From a virus (lineage: Duplodnaviria; Caudoviricetes): a stretch of 42,736 bases of DNA. Positions 9,701 to 18,755 of this stretch are shown one piece after another. The notes under the pieces are model-generated. The model was not told the DNA's origin, made no database searches, and saw only the letters and a list, made by a program, of their open reading frames with translations. Position numbers and translations under genes: made by a program. Location of the stretch: the IMG/VR virus record IMGVR_UViG_3300032233_000641, positions 1-42,736 of that record; one strand, written 5' to 3'. Position 1 is the stretch's first letter. Each line of letters starts with the position of its first letter.

Positions 9701-11654
9701 GCCATCTATTCTTACTGATGCTGCACAAGCAGGTAATGCTGTAAAACCTTCAACGCCGCCTCCTATTGAAGAGCGATCAACGTATCCAGAACCAGTTCCA
9801 GACAAGTATGAACAGATTATTGATGCTTTCGGTAATCCTATATCAAAAGGCGAACAATACGGTGACCCACTTGCTGCTTTAGTTGGATCTCAAGTTAACG
9901 GAACAACATTAAGTGATTTATCTACTACCAAAACAACAAGTAATCTGCCTACTGTATTTCCTAATGGAACTGTACAAATTAACCCTAATGTACAGTACGG
10001 AAAAATATATGAAACAACTGTAGATGGTCAAATTGTACAAGCAAGGGATGCTATCCGATCAGATGGGGAAAAAGTAACAATTTATTTTGACCCATCTACC
10101 GGAGAACATGCAACAACCGAACTAATTGGCTCTGTAAATTTATCACCAACATTAGGGGAAACTAAAGGAAATATTCTTGAGTCTCTTACTGGTGGGAAAG
10201 TTTTAGATTATGCAAATTTAACTGCTACAAAAAAATTCACATTAGATGGCGACCCAATCGTTGAATCACCATCTGGAAAATATTATGCTCTTAAAGAAGA
10301 CGGAACAAATAAAGAATTAAATACAAGCGATTTATCTAAATCTCTTAAATTGTCAGGTAAATCTTCAAATGGAATGCCTCTTTTAGAATCACCAGATGGG
10401 AAATTTTATGTAGCAAATACAAAAACTAATGCAATAGAAGAAGCAAAAATAAATGCCCTATTTAGTTTTGGTACTCCACCGCCAGAAGTTACTAATAATA
10501 TTGCTTTAGCTGGAACTGGTTCAACTAGTACAGTGCAACAAGATAAATTTGGGTTTATTGCTCAAGACTTCGGCACGCCAGAAGAAAAATTAAAGGCAAT
10601 TACTGATGTAGAGACTTGGGAAAAATCAATACAGAATGACCCCAAAGCTACTGCTCAAGAAAAAACAAAAGCTGCAGAAATAACCAAAGCAATCAGGGAT
10701 GCAAACGTAACCGCAACGCAGCCAGAGGTTCAACAGCCTGTTGTTACCCCTCCTGTAGTTACGCCACCAGAAGTTAAGCCGACAGAAACAAAACCAGATA
10801 CAACTACTACTGCTGGTGGTTCGTCTACGGCGGCACCTACGCCTGCTCTCACGCCTCAACAGAAGGCAGATGAATTGCAAAAGCAAGCAGACGCAGCACA
10901 ATCACAAGTTATGAATGCGGCAAACAATTACATTCTAAACCCAACGGTTGAAAACAAAGCTAAAGCAAGCGCCGCTGTATTAGATTATGAACTTGCGGCA
11001 AAGATTGCTGATGCCGCTAAGGCTGATTTAGTTTCAAAACCTGAAATACCATTGCCTAATGACGGCGGGAGCCCTACTAATCAACCCACTGAGGCACCAT
11101 CAAGTTCACAGCAAACAGGGTCACAACAGCCAACGCAGACGCCCGGATCGCAAGAACCTGCACAACCCGGAACACCACAGCCTGCACAACCCGAAGTTCC
11201 GCAACCTTCACAGCCCGGCTTGCCTTTACCGCCGCAGCCGGGAGCAGATCAGCCTAGTCAGACTACTTCTACAACACCCGGCAGTGGTACATCTAACTTG
11301 CCGAGCACAAGCACTACGGCTGGCTTAGGTGGGACTGGCGCAGGAGGCGCAGGAACTAGCGGTAGCGGTACTACTGGCACTGGTACAGGCACAGGAACAG
11401 GCGTTGGGACTGGCACAGACATAGCTGGCATTTTATCTGCATTGGCTGGTGGACTTGGTGGTGGTAAAGTGCCAACAGTTGCGGGTGGATTAAGTCAAGT
11501 GCCAGCAGGCTACACAGCAGTTACTACACCATTGGCAAAAAGGCCAATCGGTGATTTATACCCAGTTTCAAATATGATGATGTCACCAGAAGAAATAGCT
11601 GCACGCTCAACTACTAAAATGGTTCGTCGTGGTGGCTTAGTTTCTATAAGGTAA
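6714..11654 (+). CDS. giant internal virion / ejection protein
   Basis: GTG start with AAGGGA RBS; helical repeats, G/A-rich hydrophobic middle, P/Q- and G/T-rich tail; located in ejection-protein block. Confidence 0.65.
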   Translation: MSVSSLPKLDDFKKAIAAVKAANTKYTTAQNSLKPSQEAIDKAKGLLDTARDTLNSLQGDYNNKSYLNNSTYQSAYSTYQTAADKANSLESYWRSRDWLNSDSGYQNAANAYNIAKDFIDSGKYLQNNSAYQTAANNLTTAQQKLETAKNYLNSEDYLNKNSTYQNLLSARQTAENTLNQARDFYDSGRYYRDNSTYNNYVNAFNDADRKLNDLRNWKDSGRYLEENSAYKNAVNAIPSKEDALRAAENKLDNWSGARSGSAWNSAVSAKVAADTALGNAWTARDKAAEAASNAADTLIRNQDTTRSTAETNVNKTRDSLEVAANKARETAETTFNTVRENIDRTKDTLRQTAENTVNTAQSAYENLQPAVDKAKETAANAANTAKNTAETNKNIAENKADELAWGAWQNSAKAADTYNTKANDIAKGLESVANKTVETQKSAVDSQNSIYETAQNKYNDTYNEIKPDFEDYNAKVADLSNYAQTFKENIGDISNTVDAKAAKTLLDQFNAEIKGSGIQELQDKVAPLFSGIDPTANIPKLNAAFKNVNPDVFSNIDRATGMPILNQAGLDKVLNKYGDNNLNSGQYRDNYNAFGWNSRSDGSSVSRGPAILGLDMGNIQAGMQSSKGYVKSGTSTEATDADFKKAADTLELDFNSYVKPVKFVPTAGSGLTAGIIETPNARNSKEYTNPNTGETYLARIDSKGNFTNSLDKTALYNDIADRTKDFYVVANALEAPGANKPAEHAAVLFKADGAGNLVPVIDENGKASASYYKTSTVTHAGWQGQLAELAPLIQMAALVFAPQLGGMLNSAIGGIQVSAAVAPTAFTMGLPAVTLAQTIGATGVAMISGAVQNAVTSGLMGGDIGKAALSGAISPALAGNANKILENVGIGQDSIAKIAAATNLSAQQVTNLMANGLTVGVTGAVLGDPNALENALTSTAGQFAGYEAQNLVYDTLKSADPKVLAATANAAGNVANIATQTTINGGDVSLALQNAMPSILTDAAQAGNAVKPSTPPPIEERSTYPEPVPDKYEQIIDAFGNPISKGEQYGDPLAALVGSQVNGTTLSDLSTTKTTSNLPTVFPNGTVQINPNVQYGKIYETTVDGQIVQARDAIRSDGEKVTIYFDPSTGEHATTELIGSVNLSPTLGETKGNILESLTGGKVLDYANLTATKKFTLDGDPIVESPSGKYYALKEDGTNKELNTSDLSKSLKLSGKSSNGMPLLESPDGKFYVANTKTNAIEEAKINALFSFGTPPPEVTNNIALAGTGSTSTVQQDKFGFIAQDFGTPEEKLKAITDVETWEKSIQNDPKATAQEKTKAAEITKAIRDANVTATQPEVQQPVVTPPVVTPPEVKPTETKPDTTTTAGGSSTAAPTPALTPQQKADELQKQADAAQSQVMNAANNYILNPTVENKAKASAAVLDYELAAKIADAAKADLVSKPEIPLPNDGGSPTNQPTEAPSSSQQTGSQQPTQTPGSQEPAQPGTPQPAQPEVPQPSQPGLPLPPQPGADQPSQTTSTTPGSGTSNLPSTSTTAGLGGTGAGGAGTSGSGTTGTGTGTGTGVGTGTDIAGILSALAGGLGGGKVPTVAGGLSQVPAGYTAVTTPLAKRPIGDLYPVSNMMMSPEEIAARSTTKMVRRGGLVSIR

Positions 11655-11666
11655 AAAGGAAAAATT

Positions 11667-12845
11667 ATGGCAGCGGATCCAGTAACCCCAGCAACAGACT
11701 TGCTTGGCTCGTTAGCAGGACTAATGGGCACCAATACGGCTAAAGGAGCTACGCTTGGCGCTCTGATGAGCAAGTTGTTATCGTCTATTGAAGCTCCGGG
11801 AGGAGTTAATAAGGGCGTAGACATGTCTAAGGTTGGGAATATTGCGCCTAGAACGACGCAGATTCCCACTGGACGTTATATCCCTTATGCTGAGTATGGC
11901 GCTAGAGATACACAGCCAGCAATCACGCCAGAGCTGGCAAGGGCTTTAGGTATCCCTATGGGAATGGGTGCTCAACCTCCACTATCTCAATATACTGCGC
12001 GTCCTCAGATGGACGTTAACGCTCAGCAAAAGTCTATTACTTCTGCTGGCACAGGGTTAAATACCCAATTAAACCCAACGATTACGCCTCGTGGTAGCAA
12101 CACTATTGACCCTTTAACTGGTGCTCTTTTGGGTGCTTCATTGGGCTACATCATGCCTGAGAGCCAAGCTTATACTTCTTCTGGGGCAACTCAATCTGGC
12201 ATTAACGCTTTGCAAAATTTTGGGAAATCTGGGGTTGATGCATTTGGTGGTTTATTAAAATCTGTGCCGGGGTTGTCTAGCGCTGGTAAAGCTATTAGTG
12301 ATTGGGCTAATTCAAACAACTATAACTATCTTAATAACTACGGATCTACTTATAGCCAGCCAGCTAACCCTGATACGGGTATTTATAATTATCCTGTTTA
12401 CAAAGACGGTGGCATGGCGGCTCCTTTAATGGCAGCTGACGGCGGTGAAGTACAGCAGCCTAGTTACTACACCTTTGGCCAAGTAGTTAACCCTGCAGAC
12501 ATCCTTAACCAGATGGCACAAGGCGGCCAACCTAAGCAGGGTGGCTTACATGTCCCTACCGTAGAAGGTCGTCATGACTACCGTAACGGATCCCGTGTTA
12601 CAGGTGAAGGCGATGGTCAGTCTGACGATATACCTGCAATGCTTGCAGATGGCGAATACGTATTTGATGCTGATACTGTTGCCCAATTAGGTAACGGATC
12701 AACTAAAGCAGGATCAGACTTACTAGACAAGTTTCGTGAAGAAATCCGTTCGCATAAGCGTTCGGCACCAGTTAACAAAATACCTCCACCAGCTAAGTCA
12801 CCCTTAGCATATATGGCGGCTGCACAAAAGAAAGTTAGGGGCTAA
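11667..12845 (+). CDS. internal virion protein
   Basis: G.GDGQSDDIPAMLADGEYV..AD.V motif; DGG/QGG tags. Confidence 0.65.
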   Translation: MAADPVTPATDLLGSLAGLMGTNTAKGATLGALMSKLLSSIEAPGGVNKGVDMSKVGNIAPRTTQIPTGRYIPYAEYGARDTQPAITPELARALGIPMGMGAQPPLSQYTARPQMDVNAQQKSITSAGTGLNTQLNPTITPRGSNTIDPLTGALLGASLGYIMPESQAYTSSGATQSGINALQNFGKSGVDAFGGLLKSVPGLSSAGKAISDWANSNNYNYLNNYGSTYSQPANPDTGIYNYPVYKDGGMAAPLMAADGGEVQQPSYYTFGQVVNPADILNQMAQGGQPKQGGLHVPTVEGRHDYRNGSRVTGEGDGQSDDIPAMLADGEYVFDADTVAQLGNGSTKAGSDLLDKFREEIRSHKRSAPVNKIPPPAKSPLAYMAAAQKKVRG

Positions 12846-12847
12846 AA

Positions 12848-13825
12848 ATGGCTGACATCTTCCAAGGCGACGTACTACCGTCAATTACCAGTACAACTCA
12901 AGCTCAGACTACAGCGCCTGAGTTTTATACTAATTACCTTCAGGACGTAGCTAACTTAGGTCAAGCAGGCGTTCAGATGGGTGGTGTGGCAGGTATGTCA
13001 CCACTGCAGCAGCAAGCCCTCTCAATGGCTCCACAGGCGGCTTTCTCTGGCTTAGGGACTATGGGGGCAGGCGCTAATATGGCGGCTCAATCTGGGATGA
13101 CTACAGCTCCTCAGATGGTCGGTCAGTACATGAACCCATACAACCAGAACGTAGTAGAAGAAATGGGTCGGTTGCAGGGTCGTCAGATTAACGAGAACCT
13201 ATTGCCTGCGATGCAAGGCGCAGCTGGTTCTATGGGATCGTTTGGCTCGTCTAGACAATTCAATGCTACTGGCAACATGTTAAGAGACATGCAGTCTAAT
13301 CTTATTGGTCAGCAGTACGGTGCTTTGAATACTGGCTACAACAATGCTATGACGGCTGCTCAAAATGACTTGCAACGTCAAATGCAAGCGGGACAAGCTT
13401 TAGGTGTTTTAGGTGGCCAACAGCAACAAGGCGCTACCAGTGGGTTAAATACAATGTATGGACTAGGTAGCAAAGAACAGGAATTAGGTCAAAAAGAATT
13501 AGACTACCCAATGACTGCAGCTCAGAACTATGCCAAGTTAATGCAAGGTTTGAATATTCCTACTGGTGAGACTAAGCAAACTGCAGGTTCTACTGGCTAC
13601 ACAAACAGCCCACTGTCGCAGATCACTGGTTTGTTAGCTGCATTAGGTTCATTTGCAAGCCCCGGCTCAACAACTACATTAAGCCCAGCGGCTGCTTCTG
13701 GTCGTGCTGAAGGCGGCGCAATCAGATCAGAAGCCCCTACAGCATCTTCAAACATCCCCTCTGGCGCTGCCTACCATGACGGCCAAGGCAACTTTTATGA
13801 TGCAAGCGGCAACTTAGTGAGGTAA
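12848..13825 (+). CDS. DNA ejection/pilot-like protein
   Basis: Q/G/A/M-rich; YMNPY.Q.V and GSFGSSRQ motifs typical of podoviral transfer proteins. Confidence 0.6.
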   Translation: MADIFQGDVLPSITSTTQAQTTAPEFYTNYLQDVANLGQAGVQMGGVAGMSPLQQQALSMAPQAAFSGLGTMGAGANMAAQSGMTTAPQMVGQYMNPYNQNVVEEMGRLQGRQINENLLPAMQGAAGSMGSFGSSRQFNATGNMLRDMQSNLIGQQYGALNTGYNNAMTAAQNDLQRQMQAGQALGVLGGQQQQGATSGLNTMYGLGSKEQELGQKELDYPMTAAQNYAKLMQGLNIPTGETKQTAGSTGYTNSPLSQITGLLAALGSFASPGSTTTLSPAAASGRAEGGAIRSEAPTASSNIPSGAAYHDGQGNFYDASGNLVR

Positions 13826-13827
13826 TC

Positions 13828-15702
13828 ATGGCAGGTTTAGATAATGTTGGGAGTGTTCCCCAAGAAGTAGCTGTGCCGCAAAAAACACAGACAGAAGACG
13901 CTTTCTCAACAATGTTGAAGTCGTCTCAAGAAAGAGCTCTTGCTGGTCAACGAGCTCTTGATTCACGTAGAGATCAACTTTTGCAATTGTCTCAAAAGCG
14001 TTTATTTGATCCTACGTTAATGAGATTTGCTGGCGCAATGTTAGCGCCCACTAAGACAGGATCTTTTGGTGAATCCTTGGGCTATGGCGCAACAGCTGCT
14101 GCCGAAGAGCAAGAGAAGGAATTTGCACGTCAACAGGCTTTAGGCAAGTTGCAGTACGAGATGGAGCTTGAATCAATTAAAAACAAGAAGGCTGCTGCAA
14201 TCCCTGAGATGTTAATGAAACTTCAGCAGGGCAATGCTCCTATGGCTGCTAAAGCGCCTCCTATGCAAATGCCACCACCTGCTATAGATGGAGCTCAACC
14301 TGTAGCCCAGCCAGTAGCAAGACCTAACAGAGCTCGTGGTGAAGGTGGATTACTGCCTAATATTACTGATGCTCAGTTAGCCATTATGTCGATGGATCCA
14401 GATTTAAAGCCAGCCGCTGATGCAGAAATGAGGCTTCGTGAAGAGCGCCGTAAGAGCCGTGAAGAATTTATTATTGCTGGCGAAAAACGATTCTTGTATC
14501 CAGACGAAGTGCAGGAAATGCAAAGCTTGGCTAGTTCTGGAAATATTGACGGTCTTAGAGAATTCTATCGTCGTATCAATGTCCCATTCAATTTTATTGA
14601 AGACAAGAGTTCCCCCGGTGGTATGCGTTTAGCTACAGCCACAGAACTTGAGGCAATGAAATCTAAAGCGGTAGAAGCTGAAAAAGCTAAGTACGGTGAG
14701 CAAAAAGAATACACAGTTACTTATGCTGGTGTTTCACGTAAGTTTCCATTTACGCCTGCCCAATACCTTGAGTACATGGACGCTGACAGCAAAGGTCAGG
14801 GTGATGCATACATCAATAAGATGTTTAAGATTAAAGGTGCAGGTACTACAACCTCTGGCACAACAACTACTGGTGGCGAATTACCCCCATCTAAATCAGA
14901 AGAAGCTGTTCAACAAGCACAAGAGACAGAGCGCGGCAAGAAGCGAGTTGAAGCTTCTGAAGCTACCCGTGAAGCATTGTTTGAATCGTCTCGTGCTTCT
15001 CGTCAGCTTATTCAAAACTCTGATCAGATCATTCAGCTGGCTACAGACCCAAAGACTAAAGAAATCTTTGGTGTGTTTGCCAAGCCCGGCATTTTGAATG
15101 CTTTGGGAACAATAGTGGCTGAGGGGGCTAAAGTAGGTAACTATTCTATTAGTTTGCCTTCTGTTGAAAATGCTATGCGTAAAGCTGGTGCTACTGAAGA
15201 AGAGATTAAAGCTTCAGCTGTTGCAGCTCGTATCTTTGCTCAGAATGAACTTGGCTTCCGTAAGATGTTCTTGTCTGGTCAGGGCTCTGTGTCAAACATG
15301 GAAGGCGCTGTTATACCAAGGTTCTCTGGTGACTTGTCTGATTCTGCAGGTGCTGCTCAAGCTAAAGCTGAGATGACTAAGGCTCGTGCAGAGTTAGATG
15401 CGGCTGCAGCTCGTATGCTTCGTGAATGGGAGCGTCGTCCTGAAAATGCGAAGAAGAACTTCTCAGATTATGAAGATTCCAAAGAGTACAACCGCTTGTT
15501 AGATGGTTACGATGCAAAGCTTAAAAAGATTATGGCAGTTCACTTCCCCGGTGAGAAATTTAACACCCCCGCTAATCGTCCAGCGGGTGTTGCGCCTAGT
15601 AGATCCTCTGCATCTGGTAATGTTTCTCTAGATCAGAATCAACCACCCGGCGTAGACATGAATGTTGTTAACAAGTTTAAGAAAAAGATGGGGGGTCAAT
15701 AA
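13828..15702 (+). CDS. internal virion / ejection protein
   Basis: Helical 624 aa; PTKTGSFGESLG and GQGSVSNME motifs; position. Confidence 0.6.
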   Translation: MAGLDNVGSVPQEVAVPQKTQTEDAFSTMLKSSQERALAGQRALDSRRDQLLQLSQKRLFDPTLMRFAGAMLAPTKTGSFGESLGYGATAAAEEQEKEFARQQALGKLQYEMELESIKNKKAAAIPEMLMKLQQGNAPMAAKAPPMQMPPPAIDGAQPVAQPVARPNRARGEGGLLPNITDAQLAIMSMDPDLKPAADAEMRLREERRKSREEFIIAGEKRFLYPDEVQEMQSLASSGNIDGLREFYRRINVPFNFIEDKSSPGGMRLATATELEAMKSKAVEAEKAKYGEQKEYTVTYAGVSRKFPFTPAQYLEYMDADSKGQGDAYINKMFKIKGAGTTTSGTTTTGGELPPSKSEEAVQQAQETERGKKRVEASEATREALFESSRASRQLIQNSDQIIQLATDPKTKEIFGVFAKPGILNALGTIVAEGAKVGNYSISLPSVENAMRKAGATEEEIKASAVAARIFAQNELGFRKMFLSGQGSVSNMEGAVIPRFSGDLSDSAGAAQAKAEMTKARAELDAAAARMLREWERRPENAKKNFSDYEDSKEYNRLLDGYDAKLKKIMAVHFPGEKFNTPANRPAGVAPSRSSASGNVSLDQNQPPGVDMNVVNKFKKKMGGQ

Positions 15703-16544
15703 TGGGCGCTGAGGCTATTTTAGATGACCCTGATTACATAAACGCTAACCTTGAGACTAAGCGCGTTATTTTTTCTAGGTTTGTAGCTAAGACTCCTGAG
15801 TTTGCTAACGCTAACGCAGAGACTCAGCACGCTATTATTGAAGCAGCTGGTCTAGCTGAGCCAGAAGCGGGTGGTGAGCCATCATTCTCTGACGTATCTC
15901 CTGCAGCCCCCTCTTCAGCACCTACGCAGCCTGCTCCTGCTGAATCAAGCATGATCCGTGACATACAAGCCTTGTCACCAGATAAACAGGCTGGGGTAGC
16001 TACTGGGGCTGCAGTTGGCATGGAGGCAGGGCGTAGAGAAGTCAAAGCTGCTAAAGCCCCCCAAGCTGTAGATTCACGCGCACCCGGTCAAAAGTGGATG
16101 TCTAAAACAGGCTACGGTAAAGGCGAAGGTTATACCGTCCAAGAGGTAGCTGAAGCTTATGAGCGTGCCAAGAACAAGGGTAAGATCAGTAGCAAGATTT
16201 CTCCCGGTAGACCTTTAGGCATCGAGGGCTGGGCTGAACAGAAGAAGCTGGCAGAAGAGCTGGCATCTAAAGCTAAATTATCTGAGGGTGCTAAGACTGC
16301 TACAAGGCTTTTGGGTAAGGTTCCTTTAGGTAGCACTTTAATGGGTGCTGGGGCTGGTTTAGAGGGCGCACAAGCTTATGAAGCGTACCAACAGGGGGAT
16401 TACCCCTTAGCGGCTATTCACGGCCTTGGAGCGCTTGGTTCTGCTGCTTCTTTGATCCCCCATCCTGCAACTAGGTTGGGTGGTGGTGCTTTGTCTTTAC
16501 TGTCTGTCCCCGCAGCTGAGATGTACAAACGATTTAAGAAATAA
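15702..16544 (+). CDS. internal virion protein
   Basis: Last gene of late block; G/A-rich hydrophobic C-terminus; TAATG coupling. Confidence 0.55.
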   Translation: MGAEAILDDPDYINANLETKRVIFSRFVAKTPEFANANAETQHAIIEAAGLAEPEAGGEPSFSDVSPAAPSSAPTQPAPAESSMIRDIQALSPDKQAGVATGAAVGMEAGRREVKAAKAPQAVDSRAPGQKWMSKTGYGKGEGYTVQEVAEAYERAKNKGKISSKISPGRPLGIEGWAEQKKLAEELASKAKLSEGAKTATRLLGKVPLGSTLMGAGAGLEGAQAYEAYQQGDYPLAAIHGLGALGSAASLIPHPATRLGGGALSLLSVPAAEMYKRFKK

Positions 16545-16590
16545 CGGTGCCACTGGACTCCCCGAACGTGCTTGACGTTCCCAGTGGATT

Positions 16591-16621
16591 ACCCCCTAGT
16601 TGGTGCTAGGGGGTTTTTTTT
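16591..16621 (+). terminator. Rho-independent terminator of late operon
   Basis: ACCCCCTAG-ttggtg-CTAGGGGGT followed by T-run, between convergent operons. Confidence 0.85.
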
Positions 16622-16871
16622 AGCCTCTGCGTTCACGTATTACACGAGCAATCTCAGGGTTTAGGGCGTCTACAATCTTTAGAATCTCATCCCGTTCAGC
16701 CTTAGCTATTGCTTGCCCTGCAGTAAGAATCAACTTTTCAGAATATTCAATCAACTCTATTTCGTCAGGGTATATGCCATCTTTGATCTGGTTATTACAC
16801 TGAAAGTAGACTTGCTTGATTAGCTCTTCGTTGACGTACTTTTGTGCGTCTTGTCGTAGTTCATTGCTCAT
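16620..16871 (-). CDS. hypothetical protein (AERE-type family)
   Basis: AKAERDEI...IARVIRERRG ending resembles the EREACA paralogues. Confidence 0.6.
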   Translation of the reverse strand: MSNELRQDAQKYVNEELIKQVYFQCNNQIKDGIYPDEIELIEYSEKLILTAGQAIAKAERDEILKIVDALNPEIARVIRERRG

Positions 16872-17028
16872 TCTTTTCCCTTTCTTTAATCATTGCGTCT
16901 GCGTATTCATAAGCCGCACGGGCAGCACCTGTTGGAGGTTCCGATTCGCATAATGAGACAAGTGCAACTGCAGCAAAGTAATCCCTCAAGTCCATGCCTT
17001 CGCTTCTGTGGTTTGGGAATGCTTTCAT
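16861..17028 (-). CDS. small phage protein, LRDYFAA family
   Basis: MKAFP...GMDLRDYFAA...AARAAYEYADAMIKER; below ORF-track cutoff. Confidence 0.75.
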   Translation of the reverse strand: MKAFPNHRSEGMDLRDYFAAVALVSLCESEPPTGAARAAYEYADAMIKEREKNEQ

Positions 17029-17400
17029 TTATGTCTCCAGTCTCATAATTTCAAATGCTTGTTTTTCGAGATCTTGCCTACCAGTATGACCGCCCTTACC
17101 AAATGCAAAATGAGCATAAGACGCCGATGCAGTAGATACTTCATTTAATTCAAAATTTCCCTTTGGTACGTAAGTAATTTCTCCAACTTTAAGCGGTTGA
17201 ATATATTGCCTTACGTATTCGCGCAATGTCCCTCTTCCGTATTTGTCAGCATACGACCTACCCCTCCTGCTCTTTTGTTTTTTTGTAAGAATTTCCAGTG
17301 TGCCGTGTTTTTCTTCCCCAGCAAGAATGGCGTACTCAACCCCAATAGAGTTAAGCAACTTGATTGCTTTAGTTAAAGTCATTCGTTGAATTTCTAACAT
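17029..17400 (-). CDS. hypothetical protein
   Basis: GAGG RBS; packed in leftward operon. Confidence 0.65.
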   Translation of the reverse strand: MLEIQRMTLTKAIKLLNSIGVEYAILAGEEKHGTLEILTKKQKSRRGRSYADKYGRGTLREYVRQYIQPLKVGEITYVPKGNFELNEVSTASASYAHFAFGKGGHTGRQDLEKQAFEIMRLET

Positions 17401-17407
17401 GTTGTCC

Positions 17408-18172
17408 TCACTCGTGGTTGTTTTTGAGCTGCCAATAATTTAATAAATTCTGGAACATCTTCCAGCCCTTTTGTATGTCATCTTCAGCCCATTCATGGAC
17501 ATGCGCCAAGTCTGGGTTATTCCGAGATACAAAGACGTTTGCACACTTGGCACTAGGTAGACCTAGACCTGCTCGGTAGGCTGCGAGCTGTAGCATGTGC
17601 TCGTCGTATGCCAAAGGCTTAGACAAGTCTTTAAAGTCCTTAGTCTTGATGTCTATGACTATTCCATCGCCGTCAGCGTTAAACATGTCGCATTTCCCGC
17701 CAAACCCTAGCTCATGGGAGAAAGACTTCTCACAGACCCAGCTACGAGCCCCGTAGAAGGCTTCTATAGCCTTTTTGCAGCTATCAACATGGTGTGGGTA
17801 CTTGGAAGCTGTGCGACCCTCGTAGAAGCCCTGTATTGCAGCGTGGATCTCTGTACCTAGATCAGCTGCGTCCCTGCCCTGTTGTTTAGAATCTGACAGG
17901 ACGCGCTTTAGCCAAAGGTATTCAGGCTCACCGTCCTGCCGTGGTAATGTCAAAGCCGCCAGAATTGCCTGCTCCTGCAACCACACTGTAAGAGCTGGCT
18001 TGGCTGCTACATTTATAATCCCACTGACTGAGGGGACTAGGTTGAGCTCTCTGGCATCCCGCAAGGTGGTGTTACGCATCTTGCCTGTGCTCTTGCCCAT
18101 AATTGTGTACATCGGATCCCCTTCACGGGTGTACCAATGCCCAGACTCTGCTGCATGTTCTTTAGCAATCAT
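17408..18172 (-). CDS. PD-(D/E)XK exonuclease (recombination-associated)
   Basis: PSVSGI, G..IH, CE, GGKCD, IDIKTK and QLAAY motifs. Confidence 0.85.
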   Translation of the reverse strand: MIAKEHAAESGHWYTREGDPMYTIMGKSTGKMRNTTLRDARELNLVPSVSGIINVAAKPALTVWLQEQAILAALTLPRQDGEPEYLWLKRVLSDSKQQGRDAADLGTEIHAAIQGFYEGRTASKYPHHVDSCKKAIEAFYGARSWVCEKSFSHELGFGGKCDMFNADGDGIVIDIKTKDFKDLSKPLAYDEHMLQLAAYRAGLGLPSAKCANVFVSRNNPDLAHVHEWAEDDIQKGWKMFQNLLNYWQLKNNHE

Positions 18173-18189
18173 AATTTTTCCTTTGGTGG

Positions 18190-18744
18190 TTATTTTTTAC
18201 GTTCTTGAATCTTGCGTTCAATCTCGTCATACGCTTCATCAGATCTGATCTTAGAGTTAACAGCATCGTCCTGACGTATCTGATCAACCACTAGCTTATT
18301 CATGTCGCCTAGTGGGTACTTCAGAAGAACGTAAGCAACGTACTTATCACCCTCTTGGAAGACCTGAGCTTTTTCTTCTTGAACTCCGCTTATTTTTATT
18401 TTGATGGCTTCTTGAACGGCAGTTATAGACACGTTGTTAGACCCACTATCATCCATAAATAACTTCATGATGGAATTGACTTCGCCTTGGATGGTGGTGG
18501 CAAGCTGGGCTCTAGCAAGCATGGTGGCTTTAGTAACAGCCATCTGTACATCACGGGACTTGGCTGCAGCCTTTTCATACAGGGCGTCAGCATCTTTGGG
18601 GGGCTTTAGATACCAGTCAGGTATCTGATCTATCTGTCTGGCGACTTCTTTTTTTATGTCTTCTTTAGCACTTTGAGCTTCAGTCTTAAATACACTGCAA
18701 CCCACTAAAGCAATAAGGCAAATCCACGCTAATAATTTTTTCAT
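18190..18744 (-). CDS. lipoprotein, LPP20-like
   Basis: MKK signal with lipobox LVGC; IPDW and A...ARAQLA motifs. Confidence 0.7.
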   Translation of the reverse strand: MKKLLAWICLIALVGCSVFKTEAQSAKEDIKKEVARQIDQIPDWYLKPPKDADALYEKAAAKSRDVQMAVTKATMLARAQLATTIQGEVNSIMKLFMDDSGSNNVSITAVQEAIKIKISGVQEEKAQVFQEGDKYVAYVLLKYPLGDMNKLVVDQIRQDDAVNSKIRSDEAYDEIERKIQERKK

Positions 18745-18755
18745 GATAATTCTCT

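Noticed and set aside
11130-11420. Short tandem DNA repeats as CRISPR or VNTR
   Set aside because: In-frame low-complexity QP and GT protein repeats with no constant repeat-spacer pattern
17408-18172. Cas4/CRISPR association of the nuclease
   Set aside because: Lacks the four-Cys Fe-S pattern; no array or cas genes; ordinary phage exonuclease context
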